Made by a program: the position numbers and the translations under genes. Below the pieces are notes generated by a model. The model was not told where the DNA came from and did no database searches. It was given only the letters and a program-made list of their open reading frames with translations. 64,000 nucleotides of DNA from Candidatus Nanopelagicaceae bacterium (GTDB lineage Bacteria; Actinomycetota; Actinomycetes; Nanopelagicales; Nanopelagicaceae): contig JBJTCN010000076.1 of assembly GCA_046091905.1 (NCBI GenBank), positions 2,597 through 66,596 on the forward strand, in the 5' to 3' direction. This document shows positions 38,084 to 48,129 of the stretch, piece after piece. Position 1 is the first letter of the stretch. Each line of letters starts with the position of its first letter.

Positions 38084-38878
38084 TTAACTACCTACCGAAA
38101 TAGTTTTTAGAGTTTCACTAATCACTGCATCAACTTGATCCCACATTGGCGCATGGCCTGATTGTGGCAGCACTACCCAACTGCAATGTTCTGACGCAAG
38201 AGATTTTTCTTGGCTATTTGCAGCCGGTAAGGTGTAGTCAGTATCGCCAAAGATAATGGTCACGGGAATGTTAGATGAAATAGCTTTATCAAAACGATTT
38301 CCCAAAAAAGCATCCCACAATTTGTAATAACCACTAGCGCTACCCATTGCAATTGCCGCCTTAGCACAAGTCTCTGGCGTGAACTGCTCCCATTGTGGGC
38401 TAACCAATTTAAATCCAATTTTGCGTAGCGTTTTTACTTTTGAAATCGGAGTAGCAAAGCGATATGTGGCTTTTGCTAAGTACCTACTAATTGCTAATTC
38501 GCCATTGCGGTGAGTTTTTGGTGTTAACCAAAGCCCAGCCGGCGCAACTCCAGTTACCGATAAAACGTTTTGAGGAAAGGCGGCCGCCATTTCAAGTGCA
38601 ATCCAGCCACCTAAAGAATTACCAATTAGATGAAATTCTTCGATTCCAAAATCTCTAAGTTCATTTATCAAGAGCTCTGCAATTTTGGCAGGAGTCATAT
38701 CTAGCGTGGCCGGCATATTAGCTTCACCGTGACCTGGTAGATCTAAGGTAATAAATTGAAAGTGTTTAGATAGTTCAGGTTGCACCAAATCCCAAGCGGT
38801 ACTTGCCGAACCCAAGCCATGAATAGCCACTAATTTGGTTGGACCTTGGCCGTAGCTACGGATATTTAACCGATTCAA
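38084..38878 (-). CDS. Alpha/beta hydrolase
   Basis: GNSLGG nucleophile elbow and HGLGS oxyanion region. Confidence 0.75.
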   Translation of the reverse strand: MNRLNIRSYGQGPTKLVAIHGLGSASTAWDLVQPELSKHFQFITLDLPGHGEANMPATLDMTPAKIAELLINELRDFGIEEFHLIGNSLGGWIALEMAAAFPQNVLSVTGVAPAGLWLTPKTHRNGELAISRYLAKATYRFATPISKVKTLRKIGFKLVSPQWEQFTPETCAKAAIAMGSASGYYKLWDAFLGNRFDKAISSNIPVTIIFGDTDYTLPAANSQEKSLASEHCSWVVLPQSGHAPMWDQVDAVISETLKTISVGS

Positions 38879-40368
38879 ATCTCACCTCTGGATAGACCTT
38901 CAAGTATGCGCTTGCTCTCCACCTTTAATTCTGGCAAATCCTTTAGCCGTTTTAGGCCACTTACCTGCTGAAACATCCGGTGGTTACCTTGGAATTCAAC
39001 CAGATGCTCATCAATAAAATTCCAATAGAGATTGGTAAATGGACAGGCGGTATCGCCAGTTCTTAGCTTTGGATCGTATTTACAGCCTTTGCAGAAATTA
39101 CCCATCTTAGAAATATACGAACCACCAGAGATGTAGGGCTTGGTCATCATCTGCCCGCCATCTGAGTGCATTCCCATTCCAATTACATTAGGAACCATCA
39201 CCCAATCTGCGGCATCAATAAATACTTCGCGCATCCAACCCAAGAACTCATCGGGTTTCACACCGGCAAGCAAAGCTAAATTACTAAGCACCATTAAACG
39301 TGGAATGTGATGCACCCAAGCTCGTTCTTTAATATCCGAAATTTGTTTGGAAACACAGACCATGGATGTCTTTCCGGGATCTTGAAAAAGTGGCAGCAAT
39401 GGTCTGGTAAGTTCAAAGTGATTTTGTTTACGGTATTCATCGCCAAAGAACCAATAAACACCATTTATATATTCACGCCAACCTATTACTTGGCGTACAA
39501 ATCCTTCGCAAGAAGCAAGCGGCACGTCACCTTTTTGATAGCGCTTACGAATCGCATCAATCACTTCAGATGCATGAATCAAACCAATATTTAAGTAAGG
39601 ACTTAACAAGGAGTGATGTAGCGACCAATTCTCATCCAACATCGCATCTTCATAGGGACCAAAGTAGGCAAAGTGATTTTTGAGAAAGTAATCCAACTGC
39701 GCAAGGGCAGCCTTGCGAGAAGTGCCCCAGGTGGTACCAGGATGATCTCCCCAAAGATTTAATTTGGAATTAGTTAGCTCTCTTTCCACTTCTAAATCTA
39801 AGTCATCTTTTTGATGGGTTAAATAAGCAGGAAATTTGTAATCTTTAGGTGGCGTTAAGCGATTCTCTTTATCAAAATTCCAAGCGCCACCTACTGGTTT
39901 TTCACCATCCATCAGGATATTTAGCCGTTTGCGTTGTTGGCGATAGAAATTCTCCATTAATAATGATTTTTGACTCTTAGCCCAATTTAGAAAATCTTCT
40001 TTATTGGTTAAGAAGAAATCATTCTCAAGGTAATTAACTATCGGTTTGAGGCTTTCGTAAAGTCGATATGAGTTAGGTGCTGCTGCGATAACCTCATTTA
40101 AACCCTGCTCTTTGATAACTTGCTCAATACCAGCTTTAGTAGTTTGGGCCTTTAGATAGTGAACTTCAAAACCTTCAGCCGTTAAGTCATGTGCAAAATG
40201 TCTAGCTGCAGAGATCATGAACCAAAGCCGCTGAAAATGCCACTTTCTGCTGGTCAACATGCGCTGGCTTTCGATAAGAATTATCAAATCTTTTTTCGGA
40301 TCCGCGTTTTTAAGTGCACCATAATTGCGATGCAATTGATCAAAGGCTACATAAATACCGCGCTTCAT
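38875..40368 (-). CDS. Cryptochrome/photolyase-family protein of the FeS-BCP / CryPro type (COG3046)
   Basis: 497 aa. N-terminus FDQLHRNYGAL...SRKWHFQRLWFMISAARHF and a C-terminal Cys cluster (CKGCKYDP...ACPFTNLYW). Confidence 0.7.
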   Translation of the reverse strand: MKRGIYVAFDQLHRNYGALKNADPKKDLIILIESQRMLTSRKWHFQRLWFMISAARHFAHDLTAEGFEVHYLKAQTTKAGIEQVIKEQGLNEVIAAAPNSYRLYESLKPIVNYLENDFFLTNKEDFLNWAKSQKSLLMENFYRQQRKRLNILMDGEKPVGGAWNFDKENRLTPPKDYKFPAYLTHQKDDLDLEVERELTNSKLNLWGDHPGTTWGTSRKAALAQLDYFLKNHFAYFGPYEDAMLDENWSLHHSLLSPYLNIGLIHASEVIDAIRKRYQKGDVPLASCEGFVRQVIGWREYINGVYWFFGDEYRKQNHFELTRPLLPLFQDPGKTSMVCVSKQISDIKERAWVHHIPRLMVLSNLALLAGVKPDEFLGWMREVFIDAADWVMVPNVIGMGMHSDGGQMMTKPYISGGSYISKMGNFCKGCKYDPKLRTGDTACPFTNLYWNFIDEHLVEFQGNHRMFQQVSGLKRLKDLPELKVESKRILEGLSRGEI

Positions 40369-40391
40369 ACGGATTACCTCATCTTCTTAAG

Positions 40392-40991
40392 TTAGAAGAT
40401 TTGATTGCCATACTTTAAAATAATTGCAATCGCCAAGAATGTGTAAATTGCAGAGTAGATGACCCGACCCCAACCACGATCTAGGAAATTCATAACTTTG
40501 GCGTAATTAGCTTCAGATAAGTTCCAAGTATTCTCGACTAAATTTATGCGGGTCATAGTGCTGAAAACAGTTACCGTGGAAACAGTCACTAGTAAGCACC
40601 ATGGGCAGAAAGCTTTAATGACAAAGAAACTTTGGGAAAGTAACCAGAGCGCAAAGATAAGACCTAAGCCGTATACAACATGAGCTACGCGCAAAAATAA
40701 TTTAGGAAAAGTGACTAATCCCAGACCTGCAATTGCCACTGTGATAACCACAGGTTCGGTCATCAATCCAATAAAGGAATTTGGGAAACCAAGGAGCGTT
40801 GATTGCCAAGCTTTTGCGACTTTTCCGCAAGAAACTACCGCATTGATATCGCAGGCAAATTTAGAGTTTGGATTTCCGGTTAATTTCCAAGCATCAATTG
40901 AGAGCACCAAAGAGGCAATCAGACTGAGCACCGAGCTAATTAGCATCGCAATGTATGTCTTGCGATAAGCCAGCAATCGCTCTGAAGTCAT
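40392..40991 (-). CDS. Vitamin K epoxide reductase (VKOR) family protein
   Basis: CDINAVVSCGKV loop cysteines and a CPWC redox motif. I prefer the ATG at 40989-40991 (MTSERLL...) over the ORF-track start at 41072, which would overlap the divergent gene. Confidence 0.7.
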   Translation of the reverse strand: MTSERLLAYRKTYIAMLISSVLSLIASLVLSIDAWKLTGNPNSKFACDINAVVSCGKVAKAWQSTLLGFPNSFIGLMTEPVVITVAIAGLGLVTFPKLFLRVAHVVYGLGLIFALWLLSQSFFVIKAFCPWCLLVTVSTVTVFSTMTRINLVENTWNLSEANYAKVMNFLDRGWGRVIYSAIYTFLAIAIILKYGNQIF

Positions 40992-41043
40992 GCGGAGAAG
41001 TTTAGCGCAGCGCCAAGTGGCGCTATCCAATAAACTTTGGCCT

Positions 41044-41562
41044 ATGCCGGCCCAAGAATTTCCACATGACAAATTTGATGATCTTTTAGCTGCGAACTCT
41101 GAATATCAAAAGAGCTTTAAATATTCAGAATTAACTGGCCGGGCACAAAAAGGCTTAGCAATTGTTACCTGTATGGATTCTCGAATTAATCCGCTTTCAG
41201 TAGTTGGTATGCGTTCGGGTGATGCCAAAATCCTAAGAAATGCCGGAGCACGCGTAACCGAAGACGTATTGCGCACCTTGGTTCTGGCGACTTACCTATT
41301 AGGAGTAGAGCGCATCTTGGTAATGCCACATACTGATTGCCGAATGGCAAAATCAGAAGAGCCAGAAATACATGCAACAATTTTGGAACAATTTGATGTT
41401 GATACTAGATCTTTAGAATTTCGCACCGTTTCAGATCAAATAGGTGCACTTGCAATTGACGTGCAGAGAATTCGTTCTTATCCGTTAATCCGTAAAGGCG
41501 TTTCGGTCGCAGGCGCAATTTACGATGTAGCTAATGGCTCAGTTACGCCAATTGATTGCTAA
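41044..41562 (+). CDS. Beta-class carbonic anhydrase
   Basis: CMDSRI and HTDCRM zinc-ligand motifs. The ATG at 41044 is preferred. Confidence 0.8.
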   Translation: MPAQEFPHDKFDDLLAANSEYQKSFKYSELTGRAQKGLAIVTCMDSRINPLSVVGMRSGDAKILRNAGARVTEDVLRTLVLATYLLGVERILVMPHTDCRMAKSEEPEIHATILEQFDVDTRSLEFRTVSDQIGALAIDVQRIRSYPLIRKGVSVAGAIYDVANGSVTPIDC

Positions 41563-42776
41563 CTGAGATTGTTAACTTAGATCGCTCAATGTATTTAAAA
41601 ATAGTGCTCCTAAAAGCCAGAGCAATAGGCGCACTCTCTAGATTATTAAGACAAGGTAATGGCGTAGTTATTGCCGGCCGCTTTATTTTAAAATTTGCGC
41701 CAAATTCAGTTTCTAAATTGGCTGCTAATAAAAGAGTGGTTTTGATCTCTGGCACTAATGGAAAATCAACTACTGCTAAATTAATTGCGGAAGCACTTGG
41801 TACGAAGTACTCAGTAGCTCACAATCACACTGGTGCTAATCTTTTTGCCGGAGTCGCGGCAGCTCTTGGCGCTAATCCAAAAGCAGAAGTTGCGGTTTTA
41901 GAAGTAGATGAATTGGTGCTGCCGTGGGCAATTGAAAAGACCAAACCTGAATTGGTGGTCTTACTTAATTTAGGGCGCGATCAGTTGGATCGACTATCTG
42001 AAGTGCGGATAGTCTCTAATAAATGGCGCGCATCGCTACAAGGTCAAAGAGTTTTGGCATCCACAGATGATCCCTTTGTAGTTTTTGCCGCGCAAAGCGC
42101 CGAAGCCCAAATCTGGTTTAGCGCGCAGGAAAAGGGCCATCTGGATGCGGCCACCTGCCCAGCATGTGGCCAATTACTTAATTGGGAAGCTGATGGCGCT
42201 AACTATTGGTGCCAATGTGGATTTAAGAAACCAGATGCCATTTGGACGCTAAGCGGCGATACTTTAAATCAGGAATTTAAAGTAGCAAGCGCAATCCCGG
42301 GTTTTGCTGCGCAACAAAATGCTGCGCGCGCATTTATCGTGGCAAATGAATTTGGCATTGATTTAGCTGCTGCTAATAAGGCAATTGGTATCGTGAAGGC
42401 AGTTGATGGTCGTTTTTCAAATAAGAAAATTGGTGAAACTAATTTTCGATTGCTGCTTTCCAAGAACCCCTCATCATGGCGAGAAACTTTAGCCACCAGT
42501 AAGTTAGGTCCGAAGCAAGTTTTATTGGTAGTAAATGCCAATACTCAAGATGGTAAGGATACCTCTTGGTTATGGGATGTAGATTTCACTCCGCTATCAG
42601 GTCGTGAAGTTTTAGTTACTGGTGATCGCAGAGCTGATGTTGCCGCGCGATTAACTGTTGATGGTATTACTTATAGAGTAGTTGAGAATGAAGTAGCTGC
42701 TTCAAAGATATTTGGAGCTATTGACGCGGACATTATTGCCAGCTATACCGCATTTCATCGATTGGCTAACAAATGA
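41556..42776 (+). CDS. murT: Lipid II isoglutaminyl synthase subunit MurT (Mur ligase family)
   Basis: SGTNGKSTT P-loop and a zinc ribbon CPACG...CQCG. Followed by gatD. The start is uncertain (TTG at 41556 or ATG at 41589). Confidence 0.85.
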   Translation: MLTEIVNLDRSMYLKIVLLKARAIGALSRLLRQGNGVVIAGRFILKFAPNSVSKLAANKRVVLISGTNGKSTTAKLIAEALGTKYSVAHNHTGANLFAGVAAALGANPKAEVAVLEVDELVLPWAIEKTKPELVVLLNLGRDQLDRLSEVRIVSNKWRASLQGQRVLASTDDPFVVFAAQSAEAQIWFSAQEKGHLDAATCPACGQLLNWEADGANYWCQCGFKKPDAIWTLSGDTLNQEFKVASAIPGFAAQQNAARAFIVANEFGIDLAAANKAIGIVKAVDGRFSNKKIGETNFRLLLSKNPSSWRETLATSKLGPKQVLLVVNANTQDGKDTSWLWDVDFTPLSGREVLVTGDRRADVAARLTVDGITYRVVENEVAASKIFGAIDADIIASYTAFHRLANK

Positions 42777-43471
42777 TAAAAATTATCAATTTGTTACCGG
42801 AGCTACTTGGAACTTACGGTGATCAAGGAAATGTCGCCACGTTATCTTGGCGTTTAAGTCAGCGCGGCATTGAAAATCAAATAATTCATGCATCGGCTTA
42901 CCATTCATTACCTACCGATGGAGATTTTTATCTTTTAGGTGGCGGAGAAGATGATGCGCAAGTTGCCGCAGTTGAATTATTAAGACGTGAAAATGTTTTG
43001 CAGCGCGCGTTAGATAATGGCGCACAGATTTTTGCAGTCTGCGCAGGATTTCAATTATTAGGTAGTAGCTTTCCGGCATCTGGTGGCCGAATAATTGCAG
43101 GGCTTGGGCTACTGCCGATTGTGACCGAACCAGCTACACCTAGAAGTGTGGGTGAACTATTAGTTGATTCCACGATTGGAATTGGCCAATTAACGGGCTT
43201 TGAAAATCATGCGGGGCAGACGAAATTTGTAGAGAAGCTGCAACCGCTCGGAATCACTAAGCGTGGAATTGGCAACCACGCCATGGAAGCTTGTGATGGC
43301 GCAGTAACGGATCAAATCATCGCAACTTATATGCATGGACCAGCGCTAGTTCGAAATCCAAAACTTGCCGATTATTTCTTAGGTAGAAAAGTTAGCGCGC
43401 TGGCACCGATTAAAGATGATTCCGTATTTACTGAGCTTCACGCATCTTGCGTCGCTCGGGCCGCGAAGTAA
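42773..43471 (+). CDS. gatD: Lipid II isoglutaminyl synthase glutaminase subunit GatD
   Basis: LLPELLGTYGDQGN and the nucleophile motif AVCAGFQLLG. Confidence 0.85.
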   Translation: MIKIINLLPELLGTYGDQGNVATLSWRLSQRGIENQIIHASAYHSLPTDGDFYLLGGGEDDAQVAAVELLRRENVLQRALDNGAQIFAVCAGFQLLGSSFPASGGRIIAGLGLLPIVTEPATPRSVGELLVDSTIGIGQLTGFENHAGQTKFVEKLQPLGITKRGIGNHAMEACDGAVTDQIIATYMHGPALVRNPKLADYFLGRKVSALAPIKDDSVFTELHASCVARAAK

Positions 43472-44213
43472 CTGGATATTCGTGGTTTAATAAAAAGTCT
43501 CGGATTATTTTATTTAGAAGTACTGGCTGATCTTTATCTATGGAATGTGAGGCGCCTGGAATAATTGCTAGGCGCGAATTTTCAATAGCTTCATAGATCT
43601 CTTTGGTATGTTTTAAATCAACCACATCGTCGTCACCTGCGATAACCAGCGCTGGGCATTTAATACTCTTTAATTGTTTCTTGGTCATATTTGGTTCGGT
43701 GGACCAAATCTTGGCCATCTTCTTAATTTTCTTAATTAAGGTCTCTGCTCCATCGGGAGAAAAGGCTGCATATTTAGCTTTTTCCGCATCGCCCGGAACC
43801 CAAGGTTCAATTGATACGCCGCCGTGATGATAATTAGCGCCAACTAAAGTTATGGTCTTAACTAAATCGGGGCGATTAATGGCAACTAAGAGCGCGATGA
43901 TTCCGCCATCGGAAAAACCAATTAGATGCGCAGGTTCTTTAACTACATCTTCTAGAAAAGCAATTGCTTCTTGGTTTTGAAAATCAAAGTGAAAACTGCC
44001 TGTCTGATCCGGCGTACGTCCATGGCCAGCGCGATCATATGAATAGACGTGAAAACCTTTCACACTTGGCAGCAGCCGACCATCAAAACCTTCAGATTGC
44101 GACATACCACCATGCAGCAGTACGACCTTCTCCTTGGAGCCGAATAATGGTTTGGCCTGACTTGCCCAAATCTTCTGGCCACGTAAATTGATGTAGCTGC
44201 GCTGGAACTTCAT
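43428..44213 (-). CDS. Alpha/beta hydrolase
   Basis: GFSDGG nucleophile elbow and LLHGG. Confidence 0.7.
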   Translation of the reverse strand: MKFQRSYINLRGQKIWASQAKPLFGSKEKVVLLHGGMSQSEGFDGRLLPSVKGFHVYSYDRAGHGRTPDQTGSFHFDFQNQEAIAFLEDVVKEPAHLIGFSDGGIIALLVAINRPDLVKTITLVGANYHHGGVSIEPWVPGDAEKAKYAAFSPDGAETLIKKIKKMAKIWSTEPNMTKKQLKSIKCPALVIAGDDDVVDLKHTKEIYEAIENSRLAIIPGASHSIDKDQPVLLNKIIRDFLLNHEYPVTSRPERRKMREAQ

Positions 44214-44245
44214 GGGTTAAATCTTATTGAAACTGGTGGCAGAAT

Positions 44246-45601
44246 TTGTGCGTGCATAAATTTAATGCAGAGGTCGAAGAGGTTGCAGATGAGATTCTGG
44301 CCTACGCACTTGATCGCCTTCGCTTAGAACCGCCACTCGATGGGCCGCTAACTGCTGCAGAGCTCTATGAAAAAGTTGGCAACACCATCACTGAAAAAGG
44401 TTTAGGCGGCTTACCTACTTTAGAAATTTTCAAAGAGGTTTTAGCCAAAGCCTGTATCTCCACAGATCACGAGAGATATTTGGCATTTATTCCAACTGCG
44501 CCATCTGAGTATTCATCGCTCTTTGATTTAGTGGTCTCTGCAGCATCGATTTATGGCGGCTCATGGCAAGAAGGCGCAGGCGCAGTCTTTGCAGAGAATC
44601 AGGCGCTACGTTGGTTGGCAGATTTAGCCGGCTTTCCAGAATCGGCAGGTGGCGTATTTGTATCTGGCGGCACGATTGGAAATTTATCGGCGCTAGTTGT
44701 GGCGCGTGAAGATGCTAGACGAAATCATCCAGACCATAAGGGTAAGTGGGCAGTGGTCTGTGGCGACCAAGCGCATTCTTCAATTGCTGGCGCTGCCAAA
44801 ATTATGGATGTCGAAATTATTAAAGCAAAACGCAGCGCGGATGGAAAAATTTATGGCGATGCAGTTGAAAGCGCAATCGAAGAGTATGAGAAAAATGGCG
44901 GCCGAGTTTTCTGCATCGTGGCAACCGCTGGCACTACTAATTTAGGAATTGTTGATCACCTTGATTCAATTGATGATGTCGCAGTGGTACGCGATATCTG
45001 GTTTCACGTTGATGGCGCATATGGCTTAGCCGCGCTCTGCGCACCATCTGTGCGCGCCAAATTTGATGGCATTGAATATGCAGATTCATTTATTGTAGAT
45101 CCACATAAATGGTTATTTGCACCATTTGATGCCTGCGCACTTATCTATAAAGATCCGAAGTTAGCTAAAGAATCATTGGCGCAGCATGCAAGTTACTTAG
45201 ATACCCTGCATGAAAATGATGATTGGAATCCATCAGATTATGCAATTCATTTAACTAGACGTACCCGTGGTTTGCCATTCTGGTTTAGTTTGGCGGCCAA
45301 TGGCACTGATGCATATAAAGATGCAATGGAATACACCATGTTGATTGCGAAAAAAGCGGTGGAATTAATTAAGGCCCATCCAAATTTAGATTTACTTATG
45401 GAACCAGAACTTTCCATTGTGGCATTTACGAGAAAAGGCTGGCAGAAAGAGGATTATCAGCGCTGGTCCGATAAATTATTAAAAGATCAGATTGGATTTG
45501 TCACCCCGTCATCGCATGAAGGCCAGCCAATATTGCGTTTTGCAATCGTAAATCCTTGGACAAATGTCGATGATTTAGAGAAGATTTTAGAGACGATGTA
45601 G
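44246..45601 (+). CDS. Group II PLP-dependent amino-acid decarboxylase
   Basis: SGGTIGNL, and DPHKWLFAPFD with the PLP lysine. Confidence 0.8.
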   Translation: MCVHKFNAEVEEVADEILAYALDRLRLEPPLDGPLTAAELYEKVGNTITEKGLGGLPTLEIFKEVLAKACISTDHERYLAFIPTAPSEYSSLFDLVVSAASIYGGSWQEGAGAVFAENQALRWLADLAGFPESAGGVFVSGGTIGNLSALVVAREDARRNHPDHKGKWAVVCGDQAHSSIAGAAKIMDVEIIKAKRSADGKIYGDAVESAIEEYEKNGGRVFCIVATAGTTNLGIVDHLDSIDDVAVVRDIWFHVDGAYGLAALCAPSVRAKFDGIEYADSFIVDPHKWLFAPFDACALIYKDPKLAKESLAQHASYLDTLHENDDWNPSDYAIHLTRRTRGLPFWFSLAANGTDAYKDAMEYTMLIAKKAVELIKAHPNLDLLMEPELSIVAFTRKGWQKEDYQRWSDKLLKDQIGFVTPSSHEGQPILRFAIVNPWTNVDDLEKILETM

Positions 45602-45605
45602 TAGA

Positions 45606-45872
45606 GTGCGCCATATGTCAGCGATGGAAAATATCAGTGCGGTTACCACGCTCTCTGATTTGGAATCTCGGATCCTAGATTTCGAAAGATCATGGTGGCG
45701 TTATGCCGGTGCCAAGGAGAGCGCAATTAAAGAGCTCTTTGATTTAACTCCAGCGCGCTACTATCAATTATTAAATGATTTGATTGATCGCGATGATGCT
45801 TTAGCAGCAGCGCCAATTTTGGTTAAGCGACTTCGTCGCCTGCGCGAAGCGCGCACCACTGCACGTTTTTAA
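45606..45872 (+). CDS. DUF3263 domain protein
   Basis: ILDFERSWWRYAGAKESAIKELF...ARYYQLLN pattern. Confidence 0.65.
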   Translation: MRHMSAMENISAVTTLSDLESRILDFERSWWRYAGAKESAIKELFDLTPARYYQLLNDLIDRDDALAAAPILVKRLRRLREARTTARF

Positions 45873-46435
45873 TTATTCTCCGCTAACTCAAAACCCGCTA
45901 AAAATGCCTCAGCTTCTAAATGGCGCGGATAGCGATGTAAAAATTCATAAAACTCTGGACCATGATCTGCATGTTGAAGATGAATCGCTTCGTGATAGAG
46001 CACAAACTCCAATACATATTCTGGCGCTCGCTGTAATTTGCTAGCCAAACGGATGGTTCGATCCACTGAGGTACAAGAACCCCAACGTTCATTCATAGGC
46101 CGCCAAGCAACACTTGCTGGTCGAAGCGTGATCTCTGGTGCGTAGCGGCTTAGCAACTGTTCTGCGGCCTCCATTAGCTCTGATTCAGCCGGCGCCACCT
46201 CTTTAGCTCGAATTTTGGCGATCATCTCAGGGACTACCTGGCGCTCTTCCGCCTTTGAAAGCCGGGCCGGGATTGAGATGATGATCTTGCCACCTTGCCT
46301 AAAGGCGGCGATGTTTCGTTTCCGCTTTTTAGAGCGGATTACCACAATTTCGCCCTCATCGATACCCGGCAGAGTTTGTTCAATCACATCGTCAATCAAA
46401 CTATTCACCAATTTATCAACGGAACCATCAACCAC
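45869..46435 (-). CDS. YgjP-like (DUF45) zinc metallopeptidase-fold protein
   Basis: YHEAIHLQHADHGPEF (HExxH context). GTG start. Confidence 0.65.
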   Translation of the reverse strand: MVDGSVDKLVNSLIDDVIEQTLPGIDEGEIVVIRSKKRKRNIAAFRQGGKIIISIPARLSKAEERQVVPEMIAKIRAKEVAPAESELMEAAEQLLSRYAPEITLRPASVAWRPMNERWGSCTSVDRTIRLASKLQRAPEYVLEFVLYHEAIHLQHADHGPEFYEFLHRYPRHLEAEAFLAGFELAENN

Positions 46436-46613
46436 GACTTTATTCTTTCATCTCTACTTCTGAAATATTCGGATATGCCAAGGAAAAACACGGAAAGTTT
46501 TGGCAGAAACTCTATGGAACTATGTAAAGGTATGAAAAAAACCGTAGAAATTTCTCAAAAATTTACGTTGTCAAGTTTGCTTACGATGGAAAGTAAGTCT
46601 AAGTTTTGCCTCA

Positions 46614-46687
46614 GCAAGATCCTCGGATAACTTTTTCGATAGCTGCAAGGGGAAGGCAGTTATAGAGAATGGGCCCGAGGATTTTGC
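46614..46687. ncRNA. Candidate structured RNA element inside a 356-nt non-coding gap (family unknown)
   Basis: Closing stem GCAAGATCCTCGG / CCGAGGATTTTGC (12/13 bp). It encloses nested helices (ATAACT/AGTTAT, CTGC/GCAG). On the minus strand the apical loop is C-rich (CTTCCCCTT). Confidence 0.25.
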
Positions 46688-46791
46688 CTTGTCCGGAGCT
46701 GTTACAGAAATAAACTGAACGAATGGTTCCGCAGCAGCCGTGAACACCAATAGATACTTGCTTTAACCCTAATCTTTAACCCTAATCAAAT

Positions 46792-48129
46792 TTACTTATC
46801 AAACAACCCAGATAGATCATCCGGAACTTCAGTTGAGCTAATGAACGCTAATGGATCTAAGAGCTCTTTCTCAGTTGGAAGTAAGCCAGCCCAAACTTTA
46901 TCTCTGCTTTCGATATCGCGTTTGTTACGAAGTTCGTGCCAGAAAAATGTAGCTTCGCGAATTCGCTTTGGTGAAACTTCTAAATTAAAGAGCGCTTTAA
47001 ATAATTGTTGAATTGGGGAGTTAGAAACGCGCTCGCGGCGAAGCAGCTCTGAAAGTGCGGCAAGTGATGGCAAACGATTATCCGCTGCCAAAGCAATTAC
47101 CTCTTCGACCCAACCATCAATTAGCGCTAATGCAGTTTCTAACTTTTCTAAAGCGGCCGCCTGTTGTGGCGACTCTTCTGGCGTAAATAAACCATTATTT
47201 AGCGCAATCGTAAAACTCTCGGGATTTTGCGGATCAAAACTTTCACCAGCATCTTCCATGCTACGCATGGTCTCTTCTGCTTGGCGTTGAATCGCATCTA
47301 AATCAATATGAATTCCTTTTCCATATTCTGCAATTGCTGCTTGCATATAAGAAACTAACCATGGATTACTTTCAAATAAACGGACTGTCGCTGCTTCGCG
47401 AAGCGCGAAATAGATTGCGATTTCAGTTTCAGGGATCTCTAAATCTTGGCCAAATTTGCGCAAACTCTGCGGCAAAAGCGATGGTTTTGATGCACTGATA
47501 ATTGGTAGCGCGGCATCATGTGCACCTTTGGAAGCGCTAGCTAGCGCACCAATGGTCTGTCCCATCTGGGTCGCCAGCATGCTGCCGATAAATCCGCGAA
47601 GAATCTGCGCCATTGGCCCAAGCTGCGCTGGTACTTGACCTTCCATAGTTGCCGATGCCTCTTCAACTAACTTGGTTACTGCATCGGTCAAACCAACTGC
47701 AAGTGGTTCAAAAGTTCCATGCCAACCTTCAATGGTGATGTTTAACCAATCCAATGGGCTAATGGCTGGATGATCGGGAGTCACAATCGGAAATACCGTT
47801 GCTTGATTCAACCAAGTATTTGCAATCGACAGCGCCTCTTCACATTTTGCTTGATCGTTTGCGCCAACTGGTTGGCTACCTTGCGCTTGAATAAAACTCT
47901 TGGCAACCTCACGAATCACTTCTTTAGGCAGCGCGCCAGTTCCGCTAGCGCCGCCAAATAAATTGGCAGGATTTATAAATCCAAATTGAGGTGAAATTTT
48001 CTGAAACTCAGATTGCATCCGACGCATAATTTCATTGAAATCAAAATTCTCAGGATTTTCGGAGTTTTCGGAATTCCCGGAATTGTTTCCGGAGTTCTCA
48101 TCGGGTGGGCCAAAGCCAAATGGTGTCAT
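46792..48129 (-). CDS. DUF2342-family protein (usually annotated as zinc-dependent metalloprotease/hydrolase)
   Basis: The ATG at 48127-48129 is preceded by GAGGAGGG. Low-complexity N-terminus NSGNNSGNSENSENPEN. Its position next to the UPF0182 gene matches mycobacteria. Confidence 0.55.
   Translation of the reverse strand: MTPFGFGPPDENSGNNSGNSENSENPENFDFNEIMRRMQSEFQKISPQFGFINPANLFGGASGTGALPKEVIREVAKSFIQAQGSQPVGANDQAKCEEALSIANTWLNQATVFPIVTPDHPAISPLDWLNITIEGWHGTFEPLAVGLTDAVTKLVEEASATMEGQVPAQLGPMAQILRGFIGSMLATQMGQTIGALASASKGAHDAALPIISASKPSLLPQSLRKFGQDLEIPETEIAIYFALREAATVRLFESNPWLVSYMQAAIAEYGKGIHIDLDAIQRQAEETMRSMEDAGESFDPQNPESFTIALNNGLFTPEESPQQAAALEKLETALALIDGWVEEVIALAADNRLPSLAALSELLRRERVSNSPIQQLFKALFNLEVSPKRIREATFFWHELRNKRDIESRDKVWAGLLPTEKELLDPLAFISSTEVPDDLSGLFDK

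Noticed and set aside
34448-41072. A possible tRNA-Thr-associated genomic island (redox, light-stress and hydrolase genes downstream of the tRNA).
   Set aside because: I could not spot an integrase, a recombinase, a direct repeat of the tRNA 3' end, or mobile-element remnants. The content is consistent with ordinary chromosomal genes.
46295-46630. 111-aa + strand ORF spanning the start of the DUF45 gene and part of the long intergenic gap.
   Set aside because: It overlaps the 5' end of a supported minus-strand gene, has no RBS, and has an odd low-complexity composition. The region is better treated as non-coding.
46614-46687. Assigning the structured element to SRP RNA or the actinobacterial 6C RNA.
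   Set aside because: The conserved SRP domain IV sequence (GGAAG...AGCA context) is absent. Only one C-rich loop is present, whereas 6C has two. The element is kept only as an unclassified candidate.
46761-46786. A 13-bp tandem duplication considered as a possible CRISPR or minisatellite.
   Set aside because: There are only two copies, with no spacers and no cas genes.
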